Shown: positions 60,448 to 64,000 of the stretch, piece after piece
How positions within the stretch are numbered: position 1 is the stretch's first letter
Layout: each line of letters starts with the position of its first letter
Assembly (NCBI GenBank): GCA_047495785.1
Contig: JBLDXI010000020.1
Span: 2,108,001 to 2,172,000, forward strand
Length of the DNA: 64,000 bases
Origin: Lepidodermella squamata
Taxonomy: Eukaryota > Animalia > Gastrotricha
Direction of reading: 5' to 3'
The notes under the pieces: model-generated
What the model was told of the DNA's origin: nothing
The model's database searches: none
Seen by the model: only the letters and a program-made list of their open reading frames with translations
Program-made: the position numbers and the translations under genes

Positions 60448-62841
60448 TTATCTCGGTCCAGGGACATGTGTACTTCTACGGGATTTTATGAAGGGGTAAA
60501 AGCCAGCTAAGCTTGTAGAATTCCCAAGAACAAGGGCTCCAAATGACAGTATTGACACCTGCAGGGTAAGCTGTGAGGCAGGAACAATAATCATGAGAAT
60601 GAGAATTGTTATTGACAATGTCGCTTGATTCATAAACGCGACTAGAATAGATACAAATTCAGTCTTGAGCATATCGTCAAATGCCACATAGCGAAGTTGA
60701 ATTACGAAGAAAAAATCAGCTAGAAGCATCAGAACGTGATAGCTTGCGATTCCCAAGACCCAAAGCCATTCGTAAGATGAATCGCAGGAATAATTAGCAT
60801 AGACGAAATATGCATCTTCCAGGTAATCAAACATAACTTCTGACCTGTGCTGTACCATCCTGATGGGACTGACAATCAGCCAAGAAACCAATAACGCTGA
60901 ACTGATTGCTACATTGCCGATTGAGGCTATTGGATTCCATACACTTCTATTTCTACCTGTATTTGATACTTTTATGATCACTTTGACTTCTCGAATGCTC
61001 GGTCCTAACGAAGTTGAGCCTGTGGCGCGCGAAATTCTACGCTGATGGTTACTAGTGGGAGACGTGGAACCGTTTGTATAGACCGAGTTAATTGCAGAAA
61101 AACCCGTCTGAGGTTTCTTACCTGCCTTATTCTTATTCCCCGATGCTTCAAAGTAATCCTGTGCCATTTTGTAAAGAATCGCAGATCTGGAAAACACACA
61201 GCTGTATTGCAATGAAACGCCGATCGTCAGTAAGATGGCCTTGAATGGGCAAATTAATCCTGACAATTCCATTGCAAACAGGAAGCCGACAACGTTTAAA
61301 AAAATCCCGCCTGTCAACATGGCGGTGTTCTTTATGAAATGGACTTTGTCTCGAGCGATTGAAAGGGCGGTAAATGCGACAACGTGCCCAATAATTCCCG
61401 CGAGAGACAACGTTGCAATGAGCCAAAACAAAGATGGAGGAAAAGTATACAATATCGTGTTAACTTCGGACAAATCATTTGGAGCTCGGCCAGTACTTCG
61501 ATGCCAGATAACCGGCGCATATTGTTCAATGCTGTAAGCGTTGTAGTCGAAGATTCTCGAAGCATTCGATCCCAAGTAGGAGATTTTATGGGTAACTCGC
61601 ATGGAGTTGTTGATCCACTGACTTGCGTATTGAGGCTCAAAGTCGTATTCGATTCGTTCCGAAAACTTAAGGCGACCAACACGAAGTCCGACAATGTCGA
61701 GCTTTGATGCCGTCTCGTTCACAATCGTCATCACTTCTTCACGCTTGACTTTGAAATCTGATGTAGTCAAGTTCTTAGCTCTCAGGGCCATCTCACTGTT
61801 ACTTAGAGTTACCAAAGCCTGCAACATTGTATCGTGGCAGCGATGCCTTTGAATGTAGTCAGGAGATCGGCTGTTATTGGTTAACTTATCGAGCATCGTC
61901 TCAAATTCAGCTAAATCATAGCCAAGATTTGTTTTGCCAAAGTTGGTGTAGGCGATTTCTGAGGGTCCAAGCCAAATTGTTCGTTTAACTTGCTCTGCCA
62001 TCGCATTTTGAGTACAACCTGGTGGATACCTGTTCTCAGGTGAATACGGGTCGAAAAATACCAATGGTAGGGCAATGAATAAGTAATTTGGTCCAGTTGC
62101 TCCTCCAAGGTAGGCATAACAAAGGAAAAGAATCAATCGCGAGACTTCTGTGAACAAAATTGTGATGATTCTTGTATCTGTATCGAGAAGCGGCGCTACA
62201 GTTTCTGCATTGATGTCGTAGAGATTTCCGAACCAGGTGACTTCAATGCCAAGCTTCGTAGCGGCCGAGTAGTAAGCTAGGGCGTTGTAGAACTGATTCG
62301 CATTGCCGGCGAAGCTCAGGATTCCTAACTGTTTCCAAGCAGCAACTTTGCGAATGTACTGAATTTGAATGAATGGCAGAGAGTCGTATGAAATTCGATT
62401 GCGGTAGAGATTAGGATAGTTCTTCCTGTTAGCCGTGAACGCCACCCCTCCGCAATGAGTTGCGAACTGTACGAAATTGTTCGCCCGAGCTGCTCTAGCA
62501 ACCACTTGGCACGATAGAAATGTTCCGATGAATACCGGGGAGACAAAGTTACTGCTACCTGAATCTACCCCGAAGTCACGCAAAAAATCGACGAAACCTC
62601 TCGGAACAAACCGTACGACTTCGCCTTCATCGCGATAGACCATGTCGATTTTGTAGCCCGGTAGGAATCTCTCCGCGTTCGAGTTGAACCAGTTGACGGC
62701 GACATCCATAGAGGCCTGGCAGATTTTACCATCCCTTGGCGCGTTGCCAGAAAATGGTATGATAGCTAACATTTTCAGGCTAACATTTCCCTGGACGAAA
62801 TGAAGTTCCAAAGACACCAATGCAAGTAAGGCGGCGAACAT
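60448..62841 (-). CDS. Second divergent intronless class C (GABA-B-like) GPCR
   Basis: Leader MFAALLALVSLEL, LKMLAIIPFSG, FLPGYKIDMVYRD, NRKNYPNLYR, WKQLGIL, FLCYAYLGGATGPNY, W....RAPND linker, 7TM region. Confidence 0.87.
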   Translation of the reverse strand: MFAALLALVSLELHFVQGNVSLKMLAIIPFSGNAPRDGKICQASMDVAVNWFNSNAERFLPGYKIDMVYRDEGEVVRFVPRGFVDFLRDFGVDSGSSNFVSPVFIGTFLSCQVVARAARANNFVQFATHCGGVAFTANRKNYPNLYRNRISYDSLPFIQIQYIRKVAAWKQLGILSFAGNANQFYNALAYYSAATKLGIEVTWFGNLYDINAETVAPLLDTDTRIITILFTEVSRLILFLCYAYLGGATGPNYLFIALPLVFFDPYSPENRYPPGCTQNAMAEQVKRTIWLGPSEIAYTNFGKTNLGYDLAEFETMLDKLTNNSRSPDYIQRHRCHDTMLQALVTLSNSEMALRAKNLTTSDFKVKREEVMTIVNETASKLDIVGLRVGRLKFSERIEYDFEPQYASQWINNSMRVTHKISYLGSNASRIFDYNAYSIEQYAPVIWHRSTGRAPNDLSEVNTILYTFPPSLFWLIATLSLAGIIGHVVAFTALSIARDKVHFIKNTAMLTGGIFLNVVGFLFAMELSGLICPFKAILLTIGVSLQYSCVFSRSAILYKMAQDYFEASGNKNKAGKKPQTGFSAINSVYTNGSTSPTSNHQRRISRATGSTSLGPSIREVKVIIKVSNTGRNRSVWNPIASIGNVAISSALLVSWLIVSPIRMVQHRSEVMFDYLEDAYFVYANYSCDSSYEWLWVLGIASYHVLMLLADFFFVIQLRYVAFDDMLKTEFVSILVAFMNQATLSITILILMIIVPASQLTLQVSILSFGALVLGNSTSLAGFYPFIKSRRSTHVPGPR

Positions 62842-63518
62842 GTATTCCTTCGGTATATCCACGAAAAGCGATATTTTAAAATTCGATGTAATCAAGGTTC
62901 AAGGTTTCAAGGTAATTTTGCTGAGATTTTGTAGAATCTTTATCCAAAAGATATTTTAAGGATGCTTTTAATAAAGATAAGTGTAAACACACGTCGACTG
63001 TCGCAGCACTTATAAATAATTAAACTGGCTTCGACCCTAGTTAGGAAATTATAGACCAAGTTGAGATTTTACTTCAATACCTTGTCACCACTTTTCATCT
63101 CTCTCTTTGATTGGTCCATGCGAAGGAGAAATCAATAATAGTTCTCTACCCACTTAGGCTTAATTCTTAGACAAGTTGGACTCCTTGATGAAACCAATAT
63201 GTACTTAGTGTCAATGCGAGTAAAAATGCGCTGGGGGTATAGATTATGAGAATATTGATGAAAATAAAAAAACGATGGAAACGATTGAAAGCAAGGAAAA
63301 GAATTATGCTCAACCTTGCGGAACAAAATCCTACGTCTCTCATGGCCAGCTAAGGAAATTTACCGCTTCACTGGATTATAACTCGGATTATAACGGACGA
63401 CACATACCGCAAAATCTTTCGGGTGAAATTGGAAATCTGGAAAGCTGAATTCTCAAATTTCACACCAGAACCCGCTAACTATTCGCTATAACTCTCAATT
63501 CAATAAAGGAACTGAACT

Positions 63519-64000
63519 TCATTAATTATTAATTAAGAAAAGTCGGGCACGCATGATTGAAATCATCTCGAAGAAGCGGAAGCTCTAGAAAATGACATTA
63601 GTTATAGGTACTATTAAGAATGTCGACATTCTTAATAGTACCTCAGAACGATTAAGCAAACGCAGCTAGGTAATCCTTAGAATCTTGAAAATCAACTTAT
63701 CGACAATTGAGCGATTGAGCGTAGGGAAAATCTTACGCCGGTACCAAATTTCATTTAATTCAATACCTAACCATTTTATTCGTTATTTAACTGGTTAGGG
63801 TTAGGGTTAAGAGTTAGATTTGGGTTGGGTTAGGGTTGACGGCGGGCTTAAACTTGTGGATTTTGAACTGATTGGAATAATTTGGCAATGATTTCACTGT
63901 ATCCCTTGAGCGCTTCACCAGGTGATAGAAGAAGTTTGAAATGTTATTTGGAGGAAATTTCGTCGACAGATCTAGGCAATCCTCTGCAATTACGAGGGGG
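63519..64000. repeat. Copy 2 of the 55885-56156 block, with a 38-bp perfect palindrome and a TTAGGG-containing insertion; runs off the window end
   Basis: Colinear match to copy 1 apart from the palindrome at 63606-63643 and the insert at about 63722-63905. Confidence 0.88.

Noticed and set aside
63795-63835. True chromosome end near the window edge
   Set aside because: The repeats are short, degenerate and embedded in an insertion, with ordinary sequence continuing beyond.

Overview
This is eukaryotic (invertebrate animal) genomic DNA, not prokaryotic. It has AT-rich, mostly 50-140 nt spliceosomal introns, uses the standard genetic code and carries TTAGGG telomere-type repeats. The orphan receptor expansions resemble those of acoel/worm-like marine invertebrates, but the taxon cannot be fixed from this window. 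Genes reconstructed by hand-splicing, left to right: a GPI-anchored Cys-rich/mucin-stalk surface protein (+); liprin-beta (-, about 10 exons, with TE debris, a nested pseudogene and an inverted copy of part of the neighbouring gene in its introns); mitochondrial ATP synthase subunit c (-); CCDC180 (+, preceded by an RFX X-box), with an antisense W(X6)W-amide neuropeptide precursor nested in one intron and an in-frame 399-nt cassette exon in another; an intronless class C GPCR; an orphan disordered membrane-anchored protein; FoxAB; two tandem paralogous secreted 4-Cys prepropeptides of no family I recognise; a nicotinic alpha subunit split into 15 exons; and an alternating array of divergent Cys-loop channel (-) / C-type lectin (+) / divergent Cys-loop channel (-) / [CR1-type LINE] / C-type lectin (+) / class C GPCR (-). 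The best leads are the nested MIP-like peptide gene, the 4-Cys peptide pair, the repeated channel-lectin head-to-head module (candidate chemosensory/recognition system) and a P-element-style excision footprint. All family assignments come from motif recognition; no database searches were run.
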